The notes under the pieces: generated by a model
The model's database searches: none
Told to the model about the DNA's origin: nothing
The model's input: the letters and a program-made list of their open reading frames with translations, nothing else
Source: a virus
Taxonomy: Duplodnaviria; Caudoviricetes
Strand: one strand, 5' to 3'
Length of the DNA stretch: 55,738 nucleotides
IMG/VR virus record: IMGVR_UViG_3300037243_000147
Coordinates: 1 to 55,738 of that record
Shown here: piece after piece, positions 8,887 through 18,304 of the stretch
Layout: the number at the start of each line of letters is the position of its first letter
Position numbering within the stretch: the first letter of the stretch is position 1
Program-made: the position numbers and the translations under genes

Positions 8887-9195
<309 letters not shown>

Positions 9196-9261
9196 GACTA
9201 TATCCCCCTCTCTGTACTCAGAACTATTGCGCGTTATCGAGCCGCACCCCTCGGGTAATGA

Positions 9262-10128
9262 TTAGCGTCTTCCGGTTCCCTTACATGACCAGCAAGCCTG
9301 CCCGTATTTAATCTCATTGCCGCCGCACCGATCACAGAGCGGAGGGTTAGACATTGCCGCCGCCCGTGCTACTCGAATCGCCGCCGCTCGGCTCAAACCA
9401 TTAAAATCCCCAAATGTGTTCACATCTCCGTCTGCCGGATCAAAGCGGCGAACCGTAAAATGTCGCGCCGTGCCGTTATAGTTCTGCTCAGAGGTGACAA
9501 AGAATACTCCGCCCCCACCGCCGTAGATATCAGGAAGCACGCGAGACCTAAACGCCTTCATATTGCCACGGTCAAAAAAACATCCCCCAGCCGCGTAATT
9601 CATCGCTTGTAGCTCATCCATGTCTCGGGGAATCTTGCCGCCCGGTGTGGATTTAGGGCGGACAGTGTTACAGTACCGCTCAAGTACGGCTGCTGCTGCC
9701 TTGCGATACTCTGTCGGGTAGTATTGGCCTGTGCAGTAGGAGAGCCCGTCATTGTCCCAAGTCAATCGACCAGAGAACGCGCCAAACCCATCCATAAGCG
9801 CGGCATAGTCTGCTGGATAGCTGCGAGCCTCCGCCAGTGCCAACCGTGCGCGTTTACCGTCTGCTGCGATAGTTCGCGCGTCTTGAGCCATGCTGCGCCG
9901 TGCATCGATTCGCTGTTCTCGTGTGGAATACTTTAGCTGCTCGGGATGGCAACCGTAGTTTGCAGGGTCTAAGCCTGCACGCTGGTTAATGAATGTTTCG
10001 ATGTGGCTCAGAATGGATTGGACCGTGCAGGTATCAACGTTAGTAGCTGTAATGGTCATGGTATTCTCCGTGTTTATTGCCTGCTGGTTCCGCAGGGTTA
10101 AAGGTTTATGGTTTATGGTTAATGGCAA
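9262..10128 (-). CDS. conserved phage early protein, apparent two-domain fusion with C-terminal CxxC pair
   Basis: N-terminal part ...YCTGQYYPTEYRKAA; second part FFDRGNMKAFRSRV...FFVTSE...FTVR; C-terminal CDRC/CWSC. Likely start is MTITAT (~10059). Confidence 0.7.
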   Translation of the reverse strand: MPLTINHKPLTLRNQQAINTENTMTITATNVDTCTVQSILSHIETFINQRAGLDPANYGCHPEQLKYSTREQRIDARRSMAQDARTIAADGKRARLALAEARSYPADYAALMDGFGAFSGRLTWDNDGLSYCTGQYYPTEYRKAAAAVLERYCNTVRPKSTPGGKIPRDMDELQAMNYAAGGCFFDRGNMKAFRSRVLPDIYGGGGGVFFVTSEQNYNGTARHFTVRRFDPADGDVNTFGDFNGLSRAAAIRVARAAAMSNPPLCDRCGGNEIKYGQACWSCKGTGRR

Positions 10129-10500
10129 CGTTTAACCATGTAATAAACCAAAGTCCCTAACGCTACCGTTACCCCTAACTCCCAGGGCATTAGTTGCGCC
10201 ACAAAAATAAGATTCCGCACCCGCTCCATCACAACTCCCACCCCACTATATGTATATATCCGCTAACATCTACAAATAAACCTACAACTCAGAATAGCCA
10301 CATTTTCACACGCTATCTGTACTCTGTCCAATACCCTTTCCGGGTTCTCATTTGTGATTAGAACAGAGTACAAATAGCTGGTGTAGTGGGCCTAACCCCT
10401 GCCCCAACCCCTAACAATTGCACCTTGACTGGTTTCTGTTCGATTTCAGGCCATTCCACGATTACCACCTATGGCTATGGCCTATGGCTATGGCCTATGG

Positions 10501-10764
10501 CTAGATTGTCGCTACCAGATTACGGCAATACTCCCTGAATCGCTCATGCCTTTCAGCCATACACTCACCTTCAATCCCACACATCTCGTAGAACTTCCGC
10601 TCAAGCGCATTGACTCCTGCAGCACCCTTTGACACTTTATTGCCTGTCAGCTCTGACACGACATGCGCCCTATTTGTAGCGTTATGCGGACCTGACATGG
10701 CCCAAATATCAAACCTTCCGCCTGTATACATCCCTAACAATCTAATCGCGTTAGCTCGATTCAC
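10501..10764 (-). CDS. hypothetical protein
   Basis: ORF downstream of the promoter at 10793-10822, with GAGAGGG SD. Confidence 0.65.
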   Translation of the reverse strand: MNRANAIRLLGMYTGGRFDIWAMSGPHNATNRAHVVSELTGNKVSKGAAGVNALERKFYEMCGIEGECMAERHERFREYCRNLVATI

Positions 10765-10792
10765 GATAGCCAGCCCTCTCTGTTCTGAATTG

Positions 10793-10822
10793 TTTATACT
10801 ACACTATTAAACCCATTGTCAA
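10793..10822 (-). promoter_or_regulatory. sigma70-like leftward promoter
   Basis: TTGACA-18-TATAAA on the minus strand. Confidence 0.6.
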
Positions 10823-10844
10823 CGGCAAACTACCTGTATTGGCC

Positions 10845-11243
10845 CTAATACATCTCCCGCGAATACCATCCCGGTACAGTGTGCCGCCCGTCGTCTTCGC
10901 AGTCTTCCGCGTCCCAATACTGGAAATCGTACCAGTTCGCCCACGACCTAGGCGTATCTCGCAACGTGATAAGTTTAGTTGCCCCTGTGCCATCTAAATA
11001 ATCCTTTACATATCTGTATCCATCGGATGTCAAAGGATTTAGCAGGAACTTACCACACTTCCCGCAATGTGACGGCGAATCGCTCTCCTCGTGCCTAGCG
11101 TCATACGATTTAGGGAATTCGTCTGAATCAAAGCTGGAATGGTCCATGTCATCTTCGGGAGCCTTACCATTCGCCCGGATATGCTCGCAAATGGCGTCCC
11201 CGCATTTATCGCAGTATGTGTCCGCCTGAAAGATATAAGCCAT
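10845..11243 (-). CDS. Zn-binding hypothetical protein
   Basis: ADTYCDKC...DSPSHCGKCG motif. SD present. Confidence 0.75.
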   Translation of the reverse strand: MAYIFQADTYCDKCGDAICEHIRANGKAPEDDMDHSSFDSDEFPKSYDARHEESDSPSHCGKCGKFLLNPLTSDGYRYVKDYLDGTGATKLITLRDTPRSWANWYDFQYWDAEDCEDDGRHTVPGWYSREMY

Positions 11244-11352
11244 GATCTACCCTCTCTCTATGTCATTGCTAGAATTAGAGTTATAGTTAAACACTCTATG
11301 AGACATCCCGATATCACTCCCCATTCTGTATACCGGGATGCCCGAACAGTGT

Positions 11353-11667
11353 TCAATCATTCTCAGACATTGGTACTTCCGCCCATTCCACATACTTTCG
11401 CATAACCATCCAATGCATTCTGGCTTTCATTCTCTCCTCATGCCCTGAGCCTAAATCGGCCATCGACTGCACGTGATCCTCTGACAAATGCACATACTTT
11501 TGCCTAGCCATACGCTCACATCCGAGATAAATGAGCCGATAACATCTAGTCCAACCCGGCCAATCGCCATTGCCTCTAGGCCCTGCTCTCAGGGCGATAG
11601 TTGTAGGCGAATCCTGTACGCCCATTGCAGGTACCATGCCGTTTCGAGTCCATGACAATCTAGCCAT
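11353..11667 (-). CDS. hypothetical protein
   Basis: ORF track. GAGGTG SD. Confidence 0.6.
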   Translation of the reverse strand: MARLSWTRNGMVPAMGVQDSPTTIALRAGPRGNGDWPGWTRCYRLIYLGCERMARQKYVHLSEDHVQSMADLGSGHEERMKARMHWMVMRKYVEWAEVPMSEND

Positions 11668-11765
11668 AATGCACCTCTGCTTTCCGCAATCTCTTGTAAC
11701 TACTTCAATCTAGGCGTGATAGGTTAGTCTCACGCCTACAATGCAGGAGTCACCCAGTTACCCTG

Positions 11766-12287
11766 CTATCCTGCTATCAGCATCTCCTCTGCGCCATACA
11801 CGGCCATCGCGCCGCATGAGTCACAGTGATAATTGCGTGCATCGGGCTCAACTCCGTCCGTTTCAGCTCCACACTCTTTACAAAACCCTACACTCTCACC
11901 GCTCTCAATCGCCCGCATTATCCTTGCCTGTGACACTATAACTATCGGCCTACTCTCGCCCGTAACTATCTTCCATGCCGTAGGTTTACCGCTAACAGTC
12001 AATCCATTGGCCATGGCCGCGCCCAGCTTACTGACATATGCTGTGTAGTGCTCGATTGTGGTCCCTGCCTTGCGTGTGGCGTACAGTTTCCATCCATAGC
12101 TATACCGCTCACCTTTGGCTTGGTATGACGTAGGCTTGAAGTGTACGTCAATCTTCTGCATCACCTTGCCGTCTGACATGTAGGCGCGGGTCGTTCTTCT
12201 CCAATCCGTTGACGACTCAATCTCAGTGACATCCCGTTCCAGTTCAATTCTCAGTAGCTCTGTACCGTGCTTCGATAGTCTCGCCAT
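11766..12287 (-). CDS. hypothetical protein with C-terminal Zn ribbon
   Basis: GFCKECG...VEPDARNYHCDSCGAMAVYGAEE motif. Confidence 0.75.
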   Translation of the reverse strand: MARLSKHGTELLRIELERDVTEIESSTDWRRTTRAYMSDGKVMQKIDVHFKPTSYQAKGERYSYGWKLYATRKAGTTIEHYTAYVSKLGAAMANGLTVSGKPTAWKIVTGESRPIVIVSQARIMRAIESGESVGFCKECGAETDGVEPDARNYHCDSCGAMAVYGAEEMLIAG

Positions 12288-12509
12288 GATTATGTATTCT
12301 CCCTGTGATGTTCGATTACCCTGTTATATTGCTCAAAGCTATACTCTGGACTGGTGTCACTGGTATCCATAGCTTTAAGCAATGATAGTTATAGTCTATG
12401 TATCGGATACGATTGATAGAATCAATAGATTTAGACTATGAATCGCATCCAACCACTCTAATTCGGAAATAGGCTCATGTTCATATGTCATGACAGTTTC
12501 CATTCTCCA

Positions 12510-12740
12510 TTACCAACCGAATGCGGCCATGTGTTCAGGGCGAGTCCGGCATATAGTCAATGCATCGTGCATAGCGGTGTAGGCATGTCTAAGAGCGGTG
12601 AATGTGATATCGCATTTGCTGGACATGTAGGCATCATGAGCCAGTATCCATGCGGCTCTAGCGGATAGATAGGCTTGATAGTGTGGTGATGATTCATAGA
12701 TAGTTATGTTAGTCGTAGCTTCAGAAAGAGTCTTACTCAT
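12510..12740 (-). CDS. hypothetical protein
   Basis: ORF track. AAGGGGA SD. Confidence 0.6.
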   Translation of the reverse strand: MSKTLSEATTNITIYESSPHYQAYLSARAAWILAHDAYMSSKCDITFTALRHAYTAMHDALTICRTRPEHMAAFGW

Positions 12741-12798
12741 GCTGTCATTCCCCTTTGTATTGTTAATGAGTTGATAACGTATATAGATAGTCTGTTAT

Positions 12799-12981
12799 CT
12801 ATCGCGATGCACGGCGCATAAATCTGATAGCGTCTGCTCTCTTCTCCGCGCTCTCTCGCGTCTTTTCAATCCCACATACCTGCCCACCATCCATTACCGC
12901 GAATCCCTCTCGCACCTTGCCCAGAGCATCTTTGATAACGAATGCCGTGCCTGCCTTGCTCTCTTTTACTGTGATAGCCAT
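12799..12981 (-). CDS. hypothetical protein
   Basis: MAITVKESK start with GGGAG SD (trimmed from the ORF-track call). Confidence 0.6.
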   Translation of the reverse strand: MAITVKESKAGTAFVIKDALGKVREGFAVMDGGQVCGIEKTRESAEKRADAIRFMRRASR

Positions 12982-13133
12982 TGATCCATTCTCCCTTGTA
13001 TTGATAACCGATTCGGACGACCGCCAATGTGTTCCTTTGCCCGCGCGAATTGTTCGGCATGGTACCAAGTGTAGTAGTAGCAGATAGACTGCCGCTTGCC
13101 GTTGCCGTATGTGACTCGATACAGACTGTACAT
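12966..13133 (-). CDS. small hypothetical protein downstream of the hammerhead
   Basis: Hand-translated 55 aa MYSLYRVTYGNGKRQSICYYYTWYHAEQF.... SD-like AGAGG is supplied by the 3' end of the ribozyme. Confidence 0.5.
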   Translation of the reverse strand: MYSLYRVTYGNGKRQSICYYYTWYHAEQFARAKEHIGGRPNRLSIQGRMDQWLSQ

Positions 13134-13210
13134 GTTAATTGGCCTCTTCAGTGACCTTATATAAGGTCAGACTAGAACTATAGCCAGTGTTCTAGTTTCG
13201 GCCTCTTAAC
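13134..13210 (-). ncRNA. type II hammerhead ribozyme
   Basis: Minus strand: GUUAA-GA-GGCC GAAA CUAGAAC-loop-GUUCUAG UC/ UGACCUU-loop-AAGGUCA CUGAAGA GGCC-AA-UUAAC. The complete CUGANGA, GAAA and GUC core is present with three stems. Confidence 0.9.
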
Positions 13211-13406
13211 CTTTGTTTGTCTTCTGGTATACCTTTTCGCGCTTGAGCCAATCTCTCAGGTGCTTGATCTTGGCGGTCTCTGTCTGACGGATAGCTGATC
13301 GTGCCCATTTACCCAATCCACAGGTGCGAGAATAAATGATGTGATTGCGGGACTGTTCGATCAGGTCTAATATGACCTGTACTCCGGGATGATCTTCAGT
13401 GCACAT
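13206..13406 (-). CDS. hypothetical protein
   Basis: ORF track. GGAGAG SD. Its stop codon lies in the ribozyme's closing stem. Confidence 0.65.
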   Translation of the reverse strand: MCTEDHPGVQVILDLIEQSRNHIIYSRTCGLGKWARSAIRQTETAKIKHLRDWLKREKVYQKTNKG

Positions 13407-13520
13407 GTGTAACTCTCCATTCCCATATTCCCGTGCTCGATTACCAGTGATTGTATCGTCCCTATATATAATGATAGAGGCAGGGCCAAATGTAGATGTA
13501 GATAGCCCCGATTGGTTACG

Positions 13521-13715
13521 TTACCGTGTGATAATGTCTTGAATATTTAACATCCAACCATTGATCATGACATATCTCTGTGCATCCATATCCCATGCGC
13601 GGAACCGGGAATTGAAATCAGTATCCGGCTTGACCAGCATGAACAGTTTCAAGTCCACATATCTTCCCATTACTTCGCGTGTGTATCCTTCGAGTACCGC
13701 GCCATTGTCGTCCAT
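13521..13715 (-). CDS. hypothetical protein (first gene of the leftward arm)
   Basis: ORF track. Downstream of the promoter at ~13787-13816. Confidence 0.6.
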   Translation of the reverse strand: MDDNGAVLEGYTREVMGRYVDLKLFMLVKPDTDFNSRFRAWDMDAQRYVMINGWMLNIQDIITR

Positions 13716-13786
13716 GTCAGTCTCTCTCTCTCTCTATTCTTGATTAGGTATCATTCCCGCTATCAACTCATTTACAACGTAATCAA

Positions 13787-13816
13787 TATATACGCTAACT
13801 CAGATACCATTGTCAA
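13787..13816 (-). promoter_or_regulatory. leftward early promoter
   Basis: TTGACA-18-TATATA on the minus strand at the strand switch. Confidence 0.55.
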
Positions 13817-14101
13817 CGGAATAGTTGCATCCATCCATATTTATTTTCAGCTCCACATATTCGCGGCCACTCAGTTACACATTGATTAGCTGCCGGACAT
13901 GGTACCTAATGGATATGGATCGATCGAGTATGGCCAGCGACGATCCCGCGGGCGCAAGGGTACCCACCACCGGCGACTGGCGCGATTTTAATCTCATACT
14001 CCTTCGTGTATATTGACTAAAAATTTCAGCTACTCGGAATCTACTCTCAATCACTTGTTGTAACAACTAACCTAATAATTTTTTCCCACATTATTTTTCT
14101 C

Positions 14102-14130
14102 TTGACACCCATAATAAACATACGTATAGT
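14102..14130 (+). promoter_or_regulatory. rightward sigma70 promoter
   Basis: TTGACA-17-TATAGT with upstream T-tracts (UP-element like). Confidence 0.85.
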
Positions 14131-14138
14131 CACTCCCT

Positions 14139-14318
14139 ATGAAGACCCCTAGTGGCAGGCCCGCCATGTCAGCTATACAACGAATGACCTCTATCTGTTT
14201 GAATCTTCCTAAGCCAATGCTAGCTGCTCTGAAAAATTCATCGGCAGTGTCGGGGCTTCCAATGAGTGAGATTATACGGAATGCGATTGAGGCTCATTTG
14301 AAAGCGTTGGGAATTTAG
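14139..14318 (+). CDS. ribbon-helix-helix (CopG/Arc-like) regulator, leaderless
   Basis: Hand-translated 59 aa ...TSICLNLPKPMLAALKNSSAVSGLPMSEIIRNAIEAHL. ATG is 8 nt after the -10 box, with no SD. Confidence 0.8.
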   Translation: MKTPSGRPAMSAIQRMTSICLNLPKPMLAALKNSSAVSGLPMSEIIRNAIEAHLKALGI

Positions 14319-14350
14319 AGATAGAGAGAGTAGAGAGAGGGAGGTTAGCA

Positions 14351-14782
14351 ATGGAAGATGGATTAGGATTATCCCACCACATCGACTACAGTCCTACAGG
14401 ACATGCGAGGCCGCGAATTGTCTGTCTGTGCGGGTCAACTAAATTCTACGAGGAATTCGTGTGGGCCAATTATCAAGAGACTATGGCAGGACGGATAGTG
14501 TTGTCGGTGGGATTCTTCATGCACCGTCCTGAGATCCGCAGAGTGCCAAGGCCGGATGAGAGTGCCGACAAGAGATTCGTCCAACCCCACGGTCAGGCTA
14601 CAGGCTGCACACCAGAACAGAAATTGGCGTTGGATGAGCTGCACAAACGCAAGATAGATTTAGCCGATGAGATATTGGTTTTGGACGTGAATGGATATAT
14701 CGGCGACTCTACACGCTCGGAAATAACTTACGCGGAGGCCTATAATAAGCCGGTGCGATATCTGAGTCAGGAATCCAAGTAA
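14351..14782 (+). CDS. nucleoside 2-deoxyribosyltransferase-like (DUF4406-type) protein
   Basis: IVCLCGSTKF...LHKRKIDLADEILVLDVNGYIGDSTRSEITYA motif. Confidence 0.7.
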   Translation: MEDGLGLSHHIDYSPTGHARPRIVCLCGSTKFYEEFVWANYQETMAGRIVLSVGFFMHRPEIRRVPRPDESADKRFVQPHGQATGCTPEQKLALDELHKRKIDLADEILVLDVNGYIGDSTRSEITYAEAYNKPVRYLSQESK

Positions 14783-14825
14783 CATTAGCCGAGAGACTAT
14801 AGAGAGTATAGAGAGGGATCAACCA

Positions 14826-15353
14826 ATGCATGACAATACCATTACCGTAGACATCGACAACCTGCGCTCCATCGCCGCTAATGCTCAACGCGCATGGGAA
14901 TCGCTATGTCAGGCTCACCACTATGACATCTGCTCCGACTGCGGCGGGATTATAGATGACAGTGTACATGCGTCTGTCAGCCCCGTCCCCGCCGACGCCA
15001 CTTGCGATCACGATGTATTACTCAGCGAATACTGCAGATACTGTGAGTCTGACATGCGGGCTGATGAGCTAGCTGATATGGTCGGCGAGCCCACCTCCGC
15101 TGATACCTATGGCCCTGACTGCAACTCTTGCCCATGCCCAATAGCCTATCGCGGTCACTGCTGTGGGGATTACGATTGTCCTGTAAATCATGCCAGGATT
15201 GACGAGGCACTCAAAGCCTACCACACGGCATTCTCACCAGCCGTAGCCTTGGATGTAATCCAGCTATTAGATATGGCTATAGCGAGAGCGACAAATAAAA
15301 TGAGCACGGCAACTGAGGGTAGCAATAGTAGTGAGGCTATTAAGGGAGACTAA
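14826..15353 (+). CDS. Cys-rich hypothetical protein
   Basis: Multiple CxxC motifs. SD present. Confidence 0.65.
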   Translation: MHDNTITVDIDNLRSIAANAQRAWESLCQAHHYDICSDCGGIIDDSVHASVSPVPADATCDHDVLLSEYCRYCESDMRADELADMVGEPTSADTYGPDCNSCPCPIAYRGHCCGDYDCPVNHARIDEALKAYHTAFSPAVALDVIQLLDMAIARATNKMSTATEGSNSSEAIKGD

Positions 15354-15361
15354 TACTAATC

Positions 15362-15505
15362 ATGTTCGATGACGATGCCAATGCTAACGATTTTACCTTC
15401 TGTCCGGACTGTGGTAGTGACGAGATAGTAACACTGGATACAGAGTGCGAATGTCTTGTATGCGGCTGGGAGGGTAACGAGTCTCAACTAGTGTGCAACC
15501 CGTAA
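15362..15505 (+). CDS. small Zn-ribbon protein
   Basis: Hand-translated ...FCPDCGSDEIV...CECLVCGWEG. Confidence 0.6.
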   Translation: MFDDDANANDFTFCPDCGSDEIVTLDTECECLVCGWEGNESQLVCNP

Positions 15506-15535
15506 CTCCAACTGTAGAGAGGGAGAAATATAGCC

Positions 15536-16324
15536 ATGTCCGATGAAAATGTAACTAGCAATAGCAATACCGATACCGCTACCTCTACCACTACCACCAC
15601 CACCCCCACTGTCCATCTGGTCGCCCGCAATCCCGCCGAGATGTCCGCCAGCCTTATCCACCTAACTGACTGGTTCACTCAAAAGGTCGCTCAATGCCGA
15701 CAGGAATACGCTGAATTATCCACAGCCCGTGATGTGGCTAAACGCAGCAAGTGGAACTACAAGGCATTAGCGAATCAGGCAGTCAGGGCAGGACAGCGGG
15801 TAATGTTTTACGAGAAGTGTCTCGCCGCCACTGTCGCTGGATACACGATCATCCCAAACATCCCCGTCGATGTATTTGCGATCCGTGTCAATCGTGACAC
15901 CCCCGCTCAGCGGACTGTTGAGAATGAGACTGCATCCCCACACTACTGGGACGGTCCCACTCTGAGGGATGAAAACTGCCAGCTATTACCGGTAGGCGAC
16001 GGTAGCTATAAATCCCCATCTCAGATTGTCGAAACTGACCGTTACGAAAAGGCGGTGGACGGTAAGACTATCACAGTCCGATCCATATGGCCGACAGATT
16101 ATATGGGTATCGAATTCCCCATTATCGCCTCCATCCCCGAGGTAATGACCACAACTCAATTAGCAATGACTAAGGGTATTTTTGATGAGATCGGAGTATC
16201 GCCACGGAATGTACGCAAAGGTGATCCACTGATAGTCGGTCGTATACTCATGCCGAAGGTAGGGTACTCGCAAAAGACTGTTAGTTTTCTGATTGCTTGG
16301 TATCTGGATATGAGGACGCTATAA
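15536..16324 (+). CDS. conserved phage hypothetical protein
   Basis: 262 aa, GAGGGAG SD, C-terminal DPLIVGRI...SFLIAWYLD. Confidence 0.75.
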   Translation: MSDENVTSNSNTDTATSTTTTTTPTVHLVARNPAEMSASLIHLTDWFTQKVAQCRQEYAELSTARDVAKRSKWNYKALANQAVRAGQRVMFYEKCLAATVAGYTIIPNIPVDVFAIRVNRDTPAQRTVENETASPHYWDGPTLRDENCQLLPVGDGSYKSPSQIVETDRYEKAVDGKTITVRSIWPTDYMGIEFPIIASIPEVMTTTQLAMTKGIFDEIGVSPRNVRKGDPLIVGRILMPKVGYSQKTVSFLIAWYLDMRTL

Positions 16325-16327
16325 CCA

Positions 16328-16804
16328 GTGGGGGATGAAATGATTGAGATTCGCACTAGCGCTACCGCCGACACCCGCTCCTGCGACTATACGCAGGTAA
16401 CGAAAGAAACCCTTCGAGAGAGTAGTGTCCAGCACATCAACGATGTCCGCAAAGGGCTTGAATACTTTTGTGGCAAGATCATGGACGCCATGTACGAGCA
16501 TGACCGTGACAAACTATCCGACATAGACGGCTTCCATCGCGACTTCATTACTGGATTCACTCAGACTACGTGGTGGGATAACCATAGGAAGGTGAATCGC
16601 CATCATCTACTAGAGACTGATGGGGTGCCTGTAGATGTAAATCTAATTGATGTACTGGATATGATATCGGATTGTGTTATGGCTGGAATGGGCCGCACAG
16701 GTACAGTATACCCGCTCAATATCAGTCCGGAAGTCTTGATGGCCGCGTTTCAGAATACTGTTGAATTGCTCAAGTCCCAAGTGGTAGTGGCTAAAGATGA
16801 ATAG
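16328..16804 (+). CDS. HD-like / DUF5662-like protein
   Basis: H...HDRDK...HRKVNRHHL...NLIDVLDMISD motif. Confidence 0.6.
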   Translation: MGDEMIEIRTSATADTRSCDYTQVTKETLRESSVQHINDVRKGLEYFCGKIMDAMYEHDRDKLSDIDGFHRDFITGFTQTTWWDNHRKVNRHHLLETDGVPVDVNLIDVLDMISDCVMAGMGRTGTVYPLNISPEVLMAAFQNTVELLKSQVVVAKDE

Positions 16805-17039
16805 ACTATTATCGCTCCACGCCACCGATGCCGACTCGTCACTAATACTAGTTGACCCTGACCATATCATCCTCATCCTCCCTGCCCCTGTAGACGGCTC
16901 AACTATAGTCATGGACGGGGCCGGAGACAGATTCACAGTCAATGAGGATGGGATAGCCATACAACAATTGTTGGCCGATGTGGATATAGAAGATGAAGAT
17001 AAGGAGAATGACAATGATGAAGAAGCCGCTCAAGCCTAA
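16797..17039 (+). CDS. hypothetical protein
   Basis: ORF track. Operon packing. Confidence 0.55.
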   Translation: MNRLLSLHATDADSSLILVDPDHIILILPAPVDGSTIVMDGAGDRFTVNEDGIAIQQLLADVDIEDEDKENDNDEEAAQA

Positions 17040-17319
17040 GCCGGGTCCCACGTCCGCGTCCAATAAACTCAAGCCGTTCGTGATCATGACCTATCCCCGC
17101 TCCGCGATGACTATGGAGGTTCAATCCAAAATTGCCGATCAATTCACCTCCCTCGGCTACGACGTAGTGGATGTACCACTATCCAAACAGTATGACGGTC
17201 AGCGGCTGGAGTTTAAGTTCATGCCCGAGAACTATAATAGCAACTTGAATGGGCACGGCAATGGGCTGAAATCTCCCAAGCTCAAGAGCCCCATCAAACG
17301 CAGGGGCCTGACCAAGTAG
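16993..17319 (+). CDS. hypothetical protein
   Basis: ORF track. AAGGAG SD before MTMMKK. Confidence 0.6.
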   Translation: MKIRRMTMMKKPLKPKPGPTSASNKLKPFVIMTYPRSAMTMEVQSKIADQFTSLGYDVVDVPLSKQYDGQRLEFKFMPENYNSNLNGHGNGLKSPKLKSPIKRRGLTK

Positions 17320-17347
17320 TATAGGTATAGACATAGAGGATAGACTA

Positions 17348-17557
17348 GTGAGATTGAGATTGGGCGTGACAACTCGGCCACTATACCGTCACCATCGTTC
17401 CCCCTGTCGCGCTCTCATCCACTACTCATATCCGGAAGTCATCTCCATCCTGACAAAACTTGATTCACTCGGGCTATCCGATGATGAGTTGGAGTCGATG
17501 AATGACAAGACATTAGCTGAGATTGACAGACTGGTAAATACAATTAGAGAGGGATAG
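17348..17557 (+). CDS. hypothetical protein
   Basis: ORF track. GAGGA SD. Confidence 0.5.
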   Translation: MRLRLGVTTRPLYRHHRSPCRALIHYSYPEVISILTKLDSLGLSDDELESMNDKTLAEIDRLVNTIREG

Positions 17558-17559
17558 CC

Positions 17560-17772
17560 ATGACTGTCGGCGACCGTGTAATGGTAATTGGAGATCATCC
17601 ATGGGCTACTCACGCCGGTACACTGATAGCCTACGAACGATACGGACTAGGCTGGCGGGGATGGAGAGTAAAATTGGATGGCAACTGCGGCGAATGTTAC
17701 GCCAGTGAAAGCGAGATGCTCAGACCCGTACAGAAGTCAATACAGAAGTCAATCCACAGGTCAGACTATTGA
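17560..17772 (+). CDS. small SH3/KOW-like protein
   Basis: VGDRVMVIGDHPWATHAGTL...RVKLD pattern. Confidence 0.6.
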   Translation: MTVGDRVMVIGDHPWATHAGTLIAYERYGLGWRGWRVKLDGNCGECYASESEMLRPVQKSIQKSIHRSDY

Positions 17773-18115
17773 TATCCGACCCTACTCTCGCCGCCCTCGT
17801 TACCCTATCTATAACCGCCCATCTGTGGACGTTAGGATTCGTGTATATGGCAATAGTGAGGGTGGAATATTTACAACGTCAAAGGAGAAGGAGATTGACA
17901 GAATGATTACCCGGCTGACAGATCGACTCTTGGCTATACTTCAACGCCGTTGCCCACACCCGGATAACATGTGCGCTATAGATATATTAGAGGGTGTAGG
18001 CCGTGACATCGAGATAGGATATTGCAACCGCTGCGGGGCCGTAAAAATCAAGTATAGTCATCAACTGAATCCAGACTGGCGCACTCCCGACCCTAATCTA
18101 TGGCGAGGCAAATAG

Positions 18116-18304
18116 ATGCCGATTGAATATACTCAGCTCCGTGACCGCCCGGAACCCTTCTTCCGCTGCCCTGACTGTGGCAGTCTATTCAGGTCGTTCA
18201 TGCGGGGCCAGGTACAGTCGGCGTGGCGTAAACTGTTCCGTCGCCCGTATTGTTGCGTGATCTGTGAAGTGTGTAAAGAGGTGGTCGGTTATGAGAAGCC
18301 TTAG
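18116..18304 (+). CDS. Zn-ribbon protein
   Basis: CPDC...CCVICEVCKEVVGYE. Confidence 0.65.
   Translation: MPIEYTQLRDRPEPFFRCPDCGSLFRSFMRGQVQSAWRKLFRRPYCCVICEVCKEVVGYEKP

Noticed and set aside
11670-11766. Twister ribozyme (GUUACAAG on the minus strand)
   Set aside because: I could not build the P1/P2/P4 stems and pseudoknots. Only two simple hairpins are supported.
15058-15080. CTGATGAG as a second hammerhead core
   Set aside because: It lies inside a coding region with no matching GAAA or stems.
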